From Candidatus Moraniibacteriota bacterium (GTDB taxonomy: Bacteria; Patescibacteriota; Minisyncoccia; Moranbacterales; UBA1568), in the NCBI GenBank assembly GCA_016182385.1, contig JACPGV010000002.1:189190-253189 (forward strand): a DNA stretch of 64,000 nt, in the 5' to 3' direction. The notes below the pieces were generated by a model that had not been told where the DNA came from, searched no databases, and saw only the letters and a program-made list of their open reading frames with translations. Each line of letters starts with the position of its first letter. Positions within the stretch are counted from its first letter, which is position 1. The position numbers and the translations under genes were made by a program. Shown here one piece after another: positions 37,480 to 47,670 of the stretch.

Positions 37480-38954
37480 TTTCAGATGTTTTTATGATTC
37501 GAGAATTACATCAAAAATTAGTGACCGGTGAAACAACGGCAACGGCTCTTGCGGAAGAATATTTGCGACGTATAGAAGAGAACGACGGATCCATTGGCGC
37601 TTATTTGACAGTGATGCGTGAGGATGCCCTTTCGAATGCTCGTCTTGTTGATGAACAGTTGAAACGTGGTGAAACCATTGATATACTTGCCGGAATTCCG
37701 GGGGCGCTTAAGGATAATATTTGTGTGGCGGGTGTGCGCGCCACCGCGGGTTCGAAGATCCTTGACAATTATATCGCGCCGTATGATGCGACCGTCGTGG
37801 AAAAATTACGCGCTTTACGAGGAACGATACTCGGGAAAACGAATATGGATGAATTTGCGATGGGATCATCCACGGAATCGAGCGCTTATCAGAAAACAAA
37901 GAATCCTTTTGATGGAGAGCGGGTACCAGGTGGATCTTCCGGTGGATCGGCAGCGGCGGTGGCTGCTTTGGAGGCCGTGTGGGCTCTCGGATCAGATACC
38001 GGAGGGTCGATTAGGCAGCCAGCGGCATTTTGTGGATTGGTTGGACTGAAACCGACGTATGGACGCGTATCGCGCTATGGGTTGATGGCGATGGCGTCAA
38101 GTTTGGATCAGATTGGTCCTTTCGGAACTAGCGTAGAAGATGTGGCGATTGTTTTTTCGCGTATTGCTGGGCATGACACGATGGATGCGACGACGGCTGA
38201 AGGTGGTTTCGGTAAACGGTTTGAAGAATATTTGACTGGTGATATCAGGGGAGTAAAAATTGGTGTGCCAAAAGAATATTTTTCTGAAAATCTTGATTCT
38301 CAAGTACGCGACTTTGCCAATGAGGCTCTCAAGCGTTTTCAAGAACTTGGCGCGGAAGTGGTGGAGATTTCCTTACCACATAGTCGATACGCGCTTCCTG
38401 TGTATTATATTTTGATGCCTGCGGAGGTAAGCTCCAATTTGGCGCGCTTTGATGGTATCAAATATGGTTTGCGAATAAATGACGATAAGGACTCTCTTTC
38501 TCAAACAAACTCTCTTTTGGAAACGTATCTCGATACGCGAAGAATCGGTTTTGGTAATGAGGTGAAGCGACGAATTATGCTTGGGACCTACGCGCTTTCG
38601 GCGGGATATTATGATGCTTATTATCGCAAGGCGCAGAAGGTGCGAGCGCTTATAAGAAAGGATTTTGAAGAAGCCTTTGAGAAGGTGGATGTTATTTTTT
38701 CACCGACGACACCTGGACCGGCGTTTCGTTTTGGTGAAAAAAGTGAAGACCCTTTGGAGATGTATCTTTCTGACATATATACCGTAACGGCTAACTTAGC
38801 GGGTATACCGGCGATTTCTTTTCCGATAGGAACGATGAAGGAAGGCAGTGCATCATTGCCGCTTGGTGGACAGCTTCAGGGAAAATGGTTCGACGAAGAG
38901 ACACTTCTTCGCGTAGCAGATGCTTATGAGCGTAAAACCGCGAGCGCCGGGTAA
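37476..38954 (+). CDS. gatA: Glu/Asp-tRNA amidotransferase subunit A.
   Basis: Amidase signature GGSSGGSAAAVA. 492 aa. Confidence 0.9.
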   Translation: MISDVFMIRELHQKLVTGETTATALAEEYLRRIEENDGSIGAYLTVMREDALSNARLVDEQLKRGETIDILAGIPGALKDNICVAGVRATAGSKILDNYIAPYDATVVEKLRALRGTILGKTNMDEFAMGSSTESSAYQKTKNPFDGERVPGGSSGGSAAAVAALEAVWALGSDTGGSIRQPAAFCGLVGLKPTYGRVSRYGLMAMASSLDQIGPFGTSVEDVAIVFSRIAGHDTMDATTAEGGFGKRFEEYLTGDIRGVKIGVPKEYFSENLDSQVRDFANEALKRFQELGAEVVEISLPHSRYALPVYYILMPAEVSSNLARFDGIKYGLRINDDKDSLSQTNSLLETYLDTRRIGFGNEVKRRIMLGTYALSAGYYDAYYRKAQKVRALIRKDFEEAFEKVDVIFSPTTPGPAFRFGEKSEDPLEMYLSDIYTVTANLAGIPAISFPIGTMKEGSASLPLGGQLQGKWFDEETLLRVADAYERKTASAG

Positions 38955-38973
38955 AGATTTTATTTTTTGAAAT

Positions 38974-39504
38974 ATGAATGTTGATATCTTTTTTCTTCTT
39001 TCAGAGTTTGGCGAGCGGGCTGTTTCGTTTTTTTCAAATTCTTTTTTCATAACAGCGATCAAGTTTTTTCTTTTTGTTTATGTGATGATCCTTCTTGCTG
39101 ATATTGTCATGTTATTTTTATTACGTGGATTTTCTTCTGATTTAAAGCAAGCGTTATTCGCCGCCAATCGACCTCTTTTGTTGCGTTCCACAGTGATTAC
39201 TCGTTGGGAAAAAATACGCACTCGTTTGCACAGCGACAATCCGTCCCAGTATAAAGTAGCTCTTTTGGAAGCGGACGCTTTTGCTGACGAAGTTCTTGCC
39301 GGTATCGGATATATTGGCGCAACGATGGGGGAAAAAATTGAAAATATCGTTGATGGACAATTGGAAACAAAAGCCATGCTTGTGGAAGCGCATCAGATTC
39401 GCAATCGTATAGTGCGTGAACCCGATTTTTCTCCTTCAAAGGAAGAGGTGGAAAAATGGTTGGAGCAGTATAAGAAATTTTTTGATGAATTGGAACTTTT
39501 TTAA
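38974..39504 (+). CDS. Hypothetical membrane protein.
   Basis: 176 aa. N-terminal hydrophobic helices. No motif recognised. Confidence 0.4.
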   Translation: MNVDIFFLLSEFGERAVSFFSNSFFITAIKFFLFVYVMILLADIVMLFLLRGFSSDLKQALFAANRPLLLRSTVITRWEKIRTRLHSDNPSQYKVALLEADAFADEVLAGIGYIGATMGEKIENIVDGQLETKAMLVEAHQIRNRIVREPDFSPSKEEVEKWLEQYKKFFDELELF

Positions 39505-39645
39505 AAGAAGTATCTTTTTGTGAAGAGGGATTGCACATCCATTATTTTTTTTGAGAAAATCATTTTTTATCGATTGACAGAAAAGATATTCCCTGTTATT
39601 ATCGTTTCATAAAGCCCTCGGGGCTTTTTTTAAGAGGGAAAATTT

Positions 39646-39855
39646 TTGAGTGTTTACTTTGTTTATTCTATGAACAATCCCTTTTCCTTTTTAACAGAAG
39701 TGAGAGCCGAGCTCACTCGTGTCAATTGGCCTACTCGGAAATTACTGGTCCGTTATACGGTACTGGTTATCGGTATTAGTATCGCGGTAGCTGTTTTTTT
39801 GGGAAGTTTGGATTTTTTGTTTAGTTTTTTGGTAGAAAATTTTCTTTTGAAATAA
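39646..39855 (+). CDS. secE: Preprotein translocase subunit SecE.
   Basis: ELTRVNWPTRK motif followed by a single TM helix. Immediately upstream of nusG. The true start may be at 39670. Confidence 0.6.
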   Translation: MSVYFVYSMNNPFSFLTEVRAELTRVNWPTRKLLVRYTVLVIGISIAVAVFLGSLDFLFSFLVENFLLK

Positions 39856-39874
39856 TTTTTCCTAACGCATATTT

Positions 39875-40420
39875 ATGGCGAAACAAAGTCAACATCACGG
39901 TCGCGCTTGGTACGTGCTTCATACATATTCCGGTTATGAGGACAATGTGGCAAGAAACCTCAAACAACGTATCGAATCAATGGACATGCAAGAGCTTATT
40001 TTTGATGTGCTTGTACCGAAAGAGAAAAAGATAAAGATCAAGGGCGGTAAACGTGTCGTTGTGGAAGAACGTATTTACCCGGGATATGTACTTGTTGATA
40101 TGATGGTGACGGATGCGTCGTGGTATGTGGTGCGTAATACGCCCAACGTGACTGGTTTTATTGGTCTGGGTACGACGCCGACCCCGATTGATCCGAAAGA
40201 GATCGAGTCACTCAAGAAACGTATGGGCGTGGCCGAACCGAAATATAAAATTGATGTGCACGTGGGTGACGCGGTAAAGATCGTTGATGGCCCGTTCAAA
40301 GAATTTGATGGCAAAGTGCAGGAAGTTGACGAAGAAAAGGGTAAGCTCAAAGTGTTTGTGTCTATTTTTGGACGTGAAACGCCGGTGGAGCTTGATTTTT
40401 TGCAAGTAAAGAAAGTATAA
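39875..40420 (+). CDS. nusG: Transcription termination/antitermination factor NusG.
   Basis: NGN domain start WYVLHTYSGYE. C-terminal KOW motif. Confidence 0.85.
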   Translation: MAKQSQHHGRAWYVLHTYSGYEDNVARNLKQRIESMDMQELIFDVLVPKEKKIKIKGGKRVVVEERIYPGYVLVDMMVTDASWYVVRNTPNVTGFIGLGTTPTPIDPKEIESLKKRMGVAEPKYKIDVHVGDAVKIVDGPFKEFDGKVQEVDEEKGKLKVFVSIFGRETPVELDFLQVKKV

Positions 40421-40485
40421 AGGTAAATTTTTCAAATTATCAATTTTCAGATGCGCTTCTCATTTGAATATTGATCACATAATGT

Positions 40486-40911
40486 ATGGCTAAAGCAGTA
40501 AAAACCGTTATTAAATTGCAGATTGCCGCTGGGAAAGCCAATCCGGCTCCTCCGGTTGGTCCGGCGCTTGGACAACACGGTCTTAATATTCAGGATTTTT
40601 GTACGAAGTTCAATGAGGCATCCAAAGATCGAATGGGTGAGATTGTTCCGGCGGAAATTACTGTATATGAAGATCGTACGTTTTCTTTTGTACTCAAAAC
40701 TTCTCCGGCTTCCGATCTCTTGAAAAAGGCGGCAAAAATTGAGAAGGGCGCTGGTAATCCGTTGAAAGACAAGGCGGGCACGGTAACCAAAGCACAGGTA
40801 CGAGAGATTGCCGAAAAGAAAATGGCCGATCTTAATGCGAATGATGTGGAGATGGCTATGCGGATTATTGAAGGTTCAGCGCGTTCGATGGGAATTAAAG
40901 TGGTGGAATAA
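40486..40911 (+). CDS. rplK: 50S ribosomal protein L11.
   Basis: [32 protein letters not shown] consensus. Confidence 0.9.
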   Translation: MAKAVKTVIKLQIAAGKANPAPPVGPALGQHGLNIQDFCTKFNEASKDRMGEIVPAEITVYEDRTFSFVLKTSPASDLLKKAAKIEKGAGNPLKDKAGTVTKAQVREIAEKKMADLNANDVEMAMRIIEGSARSMGIKVVE

Positions 40912-40988
40912 TTTTATTTAATAATTATTGTGGGAGTTTGTTGTTTACGAGGAGGCAAAGAACAGGCGTTTGTACCACGAACAAGAGT

Positions 40989-41678
40989 ATGAAATACGGT
41001 AAAAAATATCGGGGCGTTATTGCTAAAGTTGAAGAGAAAAAGGAATACAGTCCGGAAGAGACTTTCGCGTTTCTTTTGGAGAACAAAACGGCAAAATTTG
41101 ATGAGTCTGTTGAGGTGCATATTCGTTTGGGTATCAATACCAAGAAATCTGATGAGATGGTGCGTGCGACTGTTATTTTGCCCCATGGCACCGGCCGAGC
41201 TCAGAAAGTAGCCGTAGTAACGATGACAAAGGAAAAGGAAGCGGCGGAAGCGCAAGCGGATCTTGTTGGCGGTGAGGAGCTTATAGCTGATATCAAAAAT
41301 GGCAAGGTGGTTCCTGGTGTCGGGTTTAGCGTGCTTTTGGCAACGCCGGAAATGATGCCGAAACTTGCGGTTATCGCGAAGATTTTGGGTCCGAAGGGTA
41401 TGATGCCTTCTCCGAAAACAGAAACGGTAACACCGAAAATCAAAGAGGCCGTCGAAATGCTCAAGAAAGGAAAAAAAGTAAGTTTTAAAAATGATGATAC
41501 GGGTAATGTGCATCAGGTAATCGGCAAACTTTCTTTTTCCTCCGAAGCATTACACGAAAATTATAAGACCTTTCGTGAGGCCTTGGATAAGGCTAGACCG
41601 GAAAATATGAAGGGGAAGTTTATCAAATCTATCACTGTATGCTCAACGATGGGCCCGGGTCTTTCCGTGAAAATCTAA
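40989..41678 (+). CDS. rplA: 50S ribosomal protein L1.
   Basis: L1 fold signature. Probable start MKYGKKYRG at 40989, within the longer ORF 40938..41678. Confidence 0.8.
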   Translation: MKYGKKYRGVIAKVEEKKEYSPEETFAFLLENKTAKFDESVEVHIRLGINTKKSDEMVRATVILPHGTGRAQKVAVVTMTKEKEAAEAQADLVGGEELIADIKNGKVVPGVGFSVLLATPEMMPKLAVIAKILGPKGMMPSPKTETVTPKIKEAVEMLKKGKKVSFKNDDTGNVHQVIGKLSFSSEALHENYKTFREALDKARPENMKGKFIKSITVCSTMGPGLSVKI

Positions 41679-41733
41679 TTATGAAAACAGGCCTTTTGGT
41701 CTGTTTTTCTCACGCGCTTTTCTATTTAGGTTT

Positions 41734-42294
41734 ATGATTCTCTCAGATCGTGACATTAAGAAAGAAATAAGAAACGGCGAAATAACGCTCAAGCCATTTA
41801 AGCCGGAATATGTACAGCCGGCAAGCATTGATCTTCATCTTGATAAACATTTTCTCATTTTTGACACAACGAGAAACTTTGTTATTGATCCGAAGAGTCC
41901 TACAAAGAACCTCATGAAGGCCGTGGAAATAAGAAAAGATGAACCATTTATTCTTCATCCGAATGAGTTCGCGCTCGGTCTTATTTATGAAGAGACGGGT
42001 GTATCCGACAAAGTCGTTGGTCGACTCGAGGGAAAAAGTTCGCTTGGCCGTCTCGGTCTTATTATCCATACGACTGCGGGGTATCTTGATCCGGGGAATT
42101 CGCTCAAGATGACACTCGAGCTTTATAATGCTGGTAAGCTTCCTATTAAGCTTTATTACAAAATGCCCATTGGACAGATGGCGTTTGAATATCTTTCTTC
42201 GCGTTGCGAGCGCCCGTACGGCTCTAAAGGCCTCAACAGTAAGTATCTCGGCGATAAAAAGCCAGAGGCTTCCAAGATGCATTTGAATTTTTAG
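41734..42294 (+). CDS. dcd: dCTP deaminase.
   Basis: MILSDRDIKK...PASIDLHLD matches the dCTP deaminase/dUTPase-fold N-terminus. 186 aa. Confidence 0.8.
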   Translation: MILSDRDIKKEIRNGEITLKPFKPEYVQPASIDLHLDKHFLIFDTTRNFVIDPKSPTKNLMKAVEIRKDEPFILHPNEFALGLIYEETGVSDKVVGRLEGKSSLGRLGLIIHTTAGYLDPGNSLKMTLELYNAGKLPIKLYYKMPIGQMAFEYLSSRCERPYGSKGLNSKYLGDKKPEASKMHLNF

Positions 42295-43269
42295 TTGGGA
42301 TATGAGAAAATGCCCTATACGGAGGATTTTCGTTCTTTTAAGGAGAAAGATATGCGACAGTATTTGGATCTTTTGAAACACATTATGGATACCGGCGCGG
42401 TGAAAACCGATCGGACCGGTGTAGGAACGAAGAGCGTGTTTGGCTATCAGATGCGTTTTGATCTTTCGGAAGGATTTCCGCTTCTGACGACTAAGAAGAT
42501 GTTTGTTCGTGGCATTATTGAGGAGCTTATTTGGTTCTTGAATGGTGATACGAATTTGAAGTATCTTGCCGATCGCGATGTGCACATCTGGGATTCATGG
42601 CCATATAAGGCGTATTTACAAAAAATCGGACAACCAGTGCCGTCGAACGACTCTGAAGAATGGAATACGGGAATGATAGCATTTCTCGGAAAGATTAAAT
42701 CAGATGAGGCGTTTGCTCGTGAGTACGGTAATTTGGGACCGATCTATGGCTATCAGTGGCGCAGTTGGCCAGCGCCGGACGGACGACACATCGATCAAAT
42801 AACGGATGTGATTGAACAACTTCGGAAATCGCCCGATTCGCGGCGAATGGTTGTGTCGGCGTGGAATGTGGCTGACATTGGTGAGATGGCCAAAGCAGGT
42901 CTGCCGCCGTGTCATTGTCTTTTTCAGTTTTACGTGGCGAATGGGAAATTATCGTGTCAGCTTTATCAGCGGAGCTGTGATACGTTCCTTGGTGTGCCGT
43001 TCAATATCGCGTCCTACGCGCTTCTTACGATGATGATGGCACAGGTATGCGATCTGGAGCTTGGCGAATTTGTTTGGACGGGCGGTGATGTACATGTTTA
43101 CGGCAACCACTTTGAACAAACGAAACTCCAACTTTCGCGCGAGCCATTGCCACTTCCGAAGATGAGACTCAATCCGGAAGTGAAGGATATTTTCGCATTT
43201 ACCATCGATGATTTTACGCTCGAAGGCTACCAGTCGCACGACGCTATAAAAGCCACTGTCGCGGTATGA
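42295..43269 (+). CDS. thyA: Thymidylate synthase (ThyA).
   Basis: Active-site region [12 protein letters not shown] with catalytic Cys. 324 aa. Confidence 0.9.
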   Translation: MGYEKMPYTEDFRSFKEKDMRQYLDLLKHIMDTGAVKTDRTGVGTKSVFGYQMRFDLSEGFPLLTTKKMFVRGIIEELIWFLNGDTNLKYLADRDVHIWDSWPYKAYLQKIGQPVPSNDSEEWNTGMIAFLGKIKSDEAFAREYGNLGPIYGYQWRSWPAPDGRHIDQITDVIEQLRKSPDSRRMVVSAWNVADIGEMAKAGLPPCHCLFQFYVANGKLSCQLYQRSCDTFLGVPFNIASYALLTMMMAQVCDLELGEFVWTGGDVHVYGNHFEQTKLQLSREPLPLPKMRLNPEVKDIFAFTIDDFTLEGYQSHDAIKATVAV

Positions 43270-43503
43270 ACGCATCAGTTTTTACTCCCAAGAAAACCTT
43301 GGGAGTTTTTATACTCGTTTGTTCTCTCGGGAAGACGAACCAATTGCCCTCGCGTCAGTGACAGATCTGGCTAGGACCATGATGGTACCTGAGACAGGTT
43401 GGGCGGGAATCATATTTTGAGTATGTATCAGGATGTTTATAATAGCTGAGATCAATAAAATATTGTTTGAACGAATATGGAAAAGAGGCTACAATAAAAA
43501 AGT

Positions 43504-44001
43504 ATGGATACGTCACAACCTCGCATCAGTCTTATTTCCGCCATCGCTAAAAAGAATCGTGCTATTGGTAAGAGTAACGCGCTTTTGTGGCATATTCCGG
43601 AAGATTTTAAGCATTTTAAAGATCTTACAAGCGGACACACGGTTGTAATGGGGGAGAATACGTATTATTCTATCGGTCGACCGCTCCCCAATCGTATGAA
43701 CATTGTCTTGTCGCTCGATGACGGTTTCGCTCCGGAAGGGTGCGTGGTGGTTCGTTCTATTCAGGAAGCGCTTGATGTGGCAAAAAAATACGAAAGAGAA
43801 GAGATTTTTATTATTGGTGGCGCGAGTATTTATAAACAATTTATTCCGTTTGCTAATCGTTTGTATTTGACGCTTGTGGATGGAGAATATGAGGCGGACA
43901 CATTTTTTCCCGAATATGAAGAGTTTACGAAAATACTGGATAAAAAAGAATGTGATAATGGAAAATATCAATTTACTTTTGTAACGTTGGAACGGAAATG
44001 A
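43504..44001 (+). CDS. folA: Dihydrofolate reductase.
   Basis: ISLISAIAKNRAIGK...LLWHIPEDFKHFK...VVMGENTY. 165 aa. Confidence 0.85.
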   Translation: MDTSQPRISLISAIAKKNRAIGKSNALLWHIPEDFKHFKDLTSGHTVVMGENTYYSIGRPLPNRMNIVLSLDDGFAPEGCVVVRSIQEALDVAKKYEREEIFIIGGASIYKQFIPFANRLYLTLVDGEYEADTFFPEYEEFTKILDKKECDNGKYQFTFVTLERK

Positions 44002-44564
44002 AGACCGATAAAAAAATTATTATAGGAATAACTGGCGAGATGGCCTCGGGCAAGGATACGGTAACGAAATATCTGGTAGAGAAATATAATGCCAGACAAT
44101 ATCGTTTTTCTGATTCTTTGCGCGATATTCTCGATCGACTGCATCTTCCTCAAATACGAAAACATTTGTCATCTCTTTCATATGCTTTACGTCAGGTTTT
44201 TGGTGAAGATATTCTCGCATATGTTATTGAGAACGATGCTCAAAAAGGGAAACATTCTCTTGTGGTTATCGACGGTATTCGTCGAGCGTTTGATATTGAA
44301 CGAATCAAAAAGATGTCAGAATTTACTCTAGTATACGTTGAAGCTGATATGGAGCGACGATACGAGAGATTGATTAAGCGTCGACAAAATGCGGATGATT
44401 CCACAAAGACTTTTGATGAATTTAAACAGGATCATTTGTTGGAAACGGAGGTCGCTGTGCCGTCCCTTCGTGTTGATGCTCAATATATTCTCAATAATGA
44501 TGGCACACTCAAACAATTGCATGAAAAAATAGATAAGATGATGGAAGAACTCAAAACCAAGTAA
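43998..44564 (+). CDS. P-loop nucleoside/nucleotide kinase (dNMP-kinase or dephospho-CoA-kinase-like).
   Basis: Walker A GITGEMASGKDT. 188 aa. Overlaps the folA stop. Confidence 0.5.
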   Translation: MKTDKKIIIGITGEMASGKDTVTKYLVEKYNARQYRFSDSLRDILDRLHLPQIRKHLSSLSYALRQVFGEDILAYVIENDAQKGKHSLVVIDGIRRAFDIERIKKMSEFTLVYVEADMERRYERLIKRRQNADDSTKTFDEFKQDHLLETEVAVPSLRVDAQYILNNDGTLKQLHEKIDKMMEELKTK

Positions 44565-44575
44565 ACAATTTTTTT

Positions 44576-45169
44576 ATGACGGGGAAGATGATCGCATTTT
44601 ACGGTATCAACGGTATCGGCAAGACAACGCAGACGGAGCTTTTGGTGGAATATCTTCGTTCGCGGGGCATATCGGCGAGTCGGCTGAAATATCCGGTATA
44701 TGATCTTGAACCGGAGGGGCCGTTCATCTATAAGTATCTGCGCGATGCGGAATTTCGGTTGAAAAATGAGCTCTCGACGGAAGATTTGCAGAAAAAATAT
44801 GCCGATAACCGCAAGCGGTACGAGCCGGAGCTCCTAAAGCGTTTGGAAACGGGGGAATGGATTGTGGCGGAAGATTATACCGGCACCGGTATCGCGTGGG
44901 GGCTCTCGTGGGGAGCGGACCTTTCGTATCTTGAGGATATCAATAAGAATCTTCATCGGCCGGATCTCGATATTCTTATGGACGGAGAGCGTTTCGATAC
45001 CGCAATCGAGGTTGGACACAGAAATGAGACGAATGATGAGCGTATCCGGATTTGTCGGAATTTTCATCTGTTGCTCGGCGCACGATACGGTTGGAAGCGG
45101 GCGGATGCCAATCAAAGTATTGAACAAGTAAAAGAAGATATTTTAATTCTTATAAAGGAAGTTTTATGA
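44576..45169 (+). CDS. Thymidylate kinase-like P-loop kinase.
   Basis: Walker A FYGINGIGKTTQ. DRY-like EDYTGTGIAW. 197 aa. Confidence 0.6.
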   Translation: MTGKMIAFYGINGIGKTTQTELLVEYLRSRGISASRLKYPVYDLEPEGPFIYKYLRDAEFRLKNELSTEDLQKKYADNRKRYEPELLKRLETGEWIVAEDYTGTGIAWGLSWGADLSYLEDINKNLHRPDLDILMDGERFDTAIEVGHRNETNDERIRICRNFHLLLGARYGWKRADANQSIEQVKEDILILIKEVL

Positions 45170-45495
45170 ATTTTAACGAATATCAGGAACAATCGCGTGT
45201 GACGGCAAAGTATCCTCAAGTAGGAAACAATTTTGTTTATCCGACATTAGGATTATCCGGTGAAGCTGGTGAAGTGGCGGAAAAAATTAAAAAAGTTATT
45301 CGTGATAAAAACGGTATTGTCGACGATAATACAAAGGAAGAAATAAAAAAAGAATTGGGCGATGTGTTGTGGTATGTCGCGCAATTGTCTGCCGAGCTTC
45401 AGATATCTCTTGATGATGTCGCGCAGAGTAATCTCAAAAAGTTGTATGATAGAATGGAAAGAGATGTTCTTCATGGGGAGGGCGATAATCGATAA
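45166..45495 (+). CDS. MazG-like nucleoside triphosphate pyrophosphohydrolase.
   Basis: EAGEVAE...ELGDVLWYV (MazG EExxE/EExGD motifs). 109 aa. Confidence 0.7.
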   Translation: MNFNEYQEQSRVTAKYPQVGNNFVYPTLGLSGEAGEVAEKIKKVIRDKNGIVDDNTKEEIKKELGDVLWYVAQLSAELQISLDDVAQSNLKKLYDRMERDVLHGEGDNR

Positions 45496-45498
45496 AGT

Positions 45499-46983
45499 GT
45501 GTTTATGAAATACGGTGTTACCATAGGCATGGAAGTGCACGCGGAGTTGAAAACCGACTCCAAGATGTTTTGCGCGTGTAAGAATGGATTGGGATTGGAG
45601 GCGGAGCCAAATACGCATATTTGTCCAGTGTGTACCGCTCAACCGGGAACTTTGCCGGTGCCTAATCGTCAAGCGATCGAATCGGTTCAACGAGTGGGAC
45701 TTGCTTTGGAATGCACGCTTCGGTTGCACTCGAAGTTTGATCGCAAGAATTATTTTTATCCAGATATTCCCAAAGGATATCAGATTTCTCAGTACGATGA
45801 ACCGTTTTGCGAGAAAGGAAAAATGAAAATAGACGGAAAGACCTTTGGTATTACACGCATTCATCTTGAGGAAGATACGGGAAAATCGATGCATCCCTCC
45901 GACGCAGATTATACGCTTGTTGATTTCAATCGTGCCGGTGTACCGCTTATGGAACTGGTGACAGAACCAGATTTCTCTACCGGTCGAGACGCGAGTCTCT
46001 TCTGTCAGAAATTGCGTCAGATATTGCGATATCTTGATGTATCGGATGCTGATATGGAAAAGGGGCAAATGCGTTGCGAGGTGAATATCTCATTATATTC
46101 TGAAGGAACTGATCGGCTTTCCGGTACAAAGGTGGAGATAAAAAATTTGAACTCTTTTCGAAGCGTGGAGCGGGCGATTGAGTATGAGATTACGCGACAA
46201 ACGGAAGTGCTTGAAAAAGGAGAAAAAGTTATTCAAGAAACACGTGGTTGGGACGAAGGAAAAAACGAAACCGTTTCTCAACGAAAAAAAGAATCGGCTC
46301 ATGATTATCGATATTTTCCAGAACCGGATATTCCGCCATTTACTTTTATTGAAGATGATATTGCCAAACTCCGACTTTCGCTTCCCGAATTACCTGATGT
46401 AAAATGTGATCGTTTTGTTCAAGAATACGCGTTGCCCGAAGCGGATATCATCATATTGACGGAAGAGAGGCTTTTGGCGGAGTATTTTGAAGCGGTGATG
46501 AGCGAGCTTGGAAATAAGGTGCAGGCCAAAGAAATTGCCACGCCTTTTGAACGTGTCGCCAAACTCGCCGCTAACTATATGTTGACGGAGTTGCGCAAAT
46601 ATCTTGCCGATAAGAATCAATCAATCGCGCACGTTCCAATTACGGCGGAAAACTACGCGGAATTTATCGGCATTGTGGCGGACGGGAAGATTAATTCGAG
46701 TGCGGCACAAATCGTGCTTGCGGAAATGTACAAGGGTGGTGATAATGACCCATCGCACATTGTGGAGAGATTGAATCTCGCACAAGTTTCAGATACCAAA
46801 ATATTGGAACAGGTTGTTGATCGAGTCCTTGCAATGAACACTCAATCCGTTGTTGATTATAAAGCGGGTAAACAAAACGCTTTGCAATATCTTATGGGAC
46901 AAGTAATGAAGGAGACAAAAGGAAAAGCGAACCCTCCCATGGTTATGGAATTGTTACGAGAAAAAATGAAAAACGGATCTTAG
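45499..46983 (+). CDS. gatB: Glu/Asp-tRNA amidotransferase subunit B.
   Basis: N-terminal GMEVHAEL...CAC...CPVC. 494 aa. C-terminal YqeY-like tail. Confidence 0.9.
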   Translation: MFMKYGVTIGMEVHAELKTDSKMFCACKNGLGLEAEPNTHICPVCTAQPGTLPVPNRQAIESVQRVGLALECTLRLHSKFDRKNYFYPDIPKGYQISQYDEPFCEKGKMKIDGKTFGITRIHLEEDTGKSMHPSDADYTLVDFNRAGVPLMELVTEPDFSTGRDASLFCQKLRQILRYLDVSDADMEKGQMRCEVNISLYSEGTDRLSGTKVEIKNLNSFRSVERAIEYEITRQTEVLEKGEKVIQETRGWDEGKNETVSQRKKESAHDYRYFPEPDIPPFTFIEDDIAKLRLSLPELPDVKCDRFVQEYALPEADIIILTEERLLAEYFEAVMSELGNKVQAKEIATPFERVAKLAANYMLTELRKYLADKNQSIAHVPITAENYAEFIGIVADGKINSSAAQIVLAEMYKGGDNDPSHIVERLNLAQVSDTKILEQVVDRVLAMNTQSVVDYKAGKQNALQYLMGQVMKETKGKANPPMVMELLREKMKNGS

Positions 46984-47031
46984 ATATCGCCGTCTCTATA
47001 CAAAAAGTGTTTTTTGGTATAGAATGTAACG

Positions 47032-47562
47032 TTGTTCTTTTATTTCATTTACATGGGGGTAAATATGACAATACGCATAAGCGCTATTGTGGTTGTGGAT
47101 TCAGAGAGAAGATTGGTTCGGGGACAAGATGGATTTCCTGGACAATCACCGAAAGAAAGACGACGGGTGAAAAAGCTTGTTAGCGGGCACGCTGTTCTTG
47201 TGGGTAAGGCTACCTACGAAAAGATGGCACTTGGAAACTTTTCTTTGCCAAAAGGTACCTTGCTTGTTGTTCTTACGAGTGATCGGAAGTTTAAGGCCCC
47301 GGGATGTGCGGTGGTTCGCTCTATTGGTGAGGCAGGTCTTTTTCTGCGGTCACGGAAAGGGATCAAAGAGATTTTTGTTATCGGAGGGAATTCGGTTTAT
47401 AGGCAGTTGTGGAAACATTTTGACCGTCTGTATCTTACTGTGACTTCCGATAAAGCGATATTTGACCAGCCATTGTTTCCGGAGTACGATGGCGATTTTC
47501 CAAAGGTAACAAAAAAGAAAAAAGAAAAAAATGGAACATTTTTTGTTCTGGAAAGGAAATGA
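47032..47562 (+). CDS. DHFR-family reductase (RibD C-terminal domain-like), second folate-type reductase paralog.
   Basis: ISAIVVVD...LVSGHAVLVGKATYE...VIGG pattern of PF01872. Start may be at 47053 or 47065. Confidence 0.55.
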   Translation: MFFYFIYMGVNMTIRISAIVVVDSERRLVRGQDGFPGQSPKERRRVKKLVSGHAVLVGKATYEKMALGNFSLPKGTLLVVLTSDRKFKAPGCAVVRSIGEAGLFLRSRKGIKEIFVIGGNSVYRQLWKHFDRLYLTVTSDKAIFDQPLFPEYDGDFPKVTKKKKEKNGTFFVLERK

Positions 47563-47670
47563 TCGGATGTCGTGTAAAAGGGTTCAGGCTGAAAATAAGC
47601 ATGAACCTTTTATTTTTTGTGATTTTTTTGAAAATAAAACGTAATCCGAAATGATGGTTGTTGGCTCGGG

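Noticed and set aside
40938-40988. Longer N-terminal extensions of rplA (40938), rpsP (61063), rplJ (61605) and the 55293 gene (to 56297) given by the ORF track.
   Set aside because: Internal ATGs give N-termini matching the conserved family starts (MKYGKKY, MLIIRLNRTG, MQTRQQKETL) or carry an SD (AAAAGGAGGT before MSIRNDL). The extensions are low-complexity.
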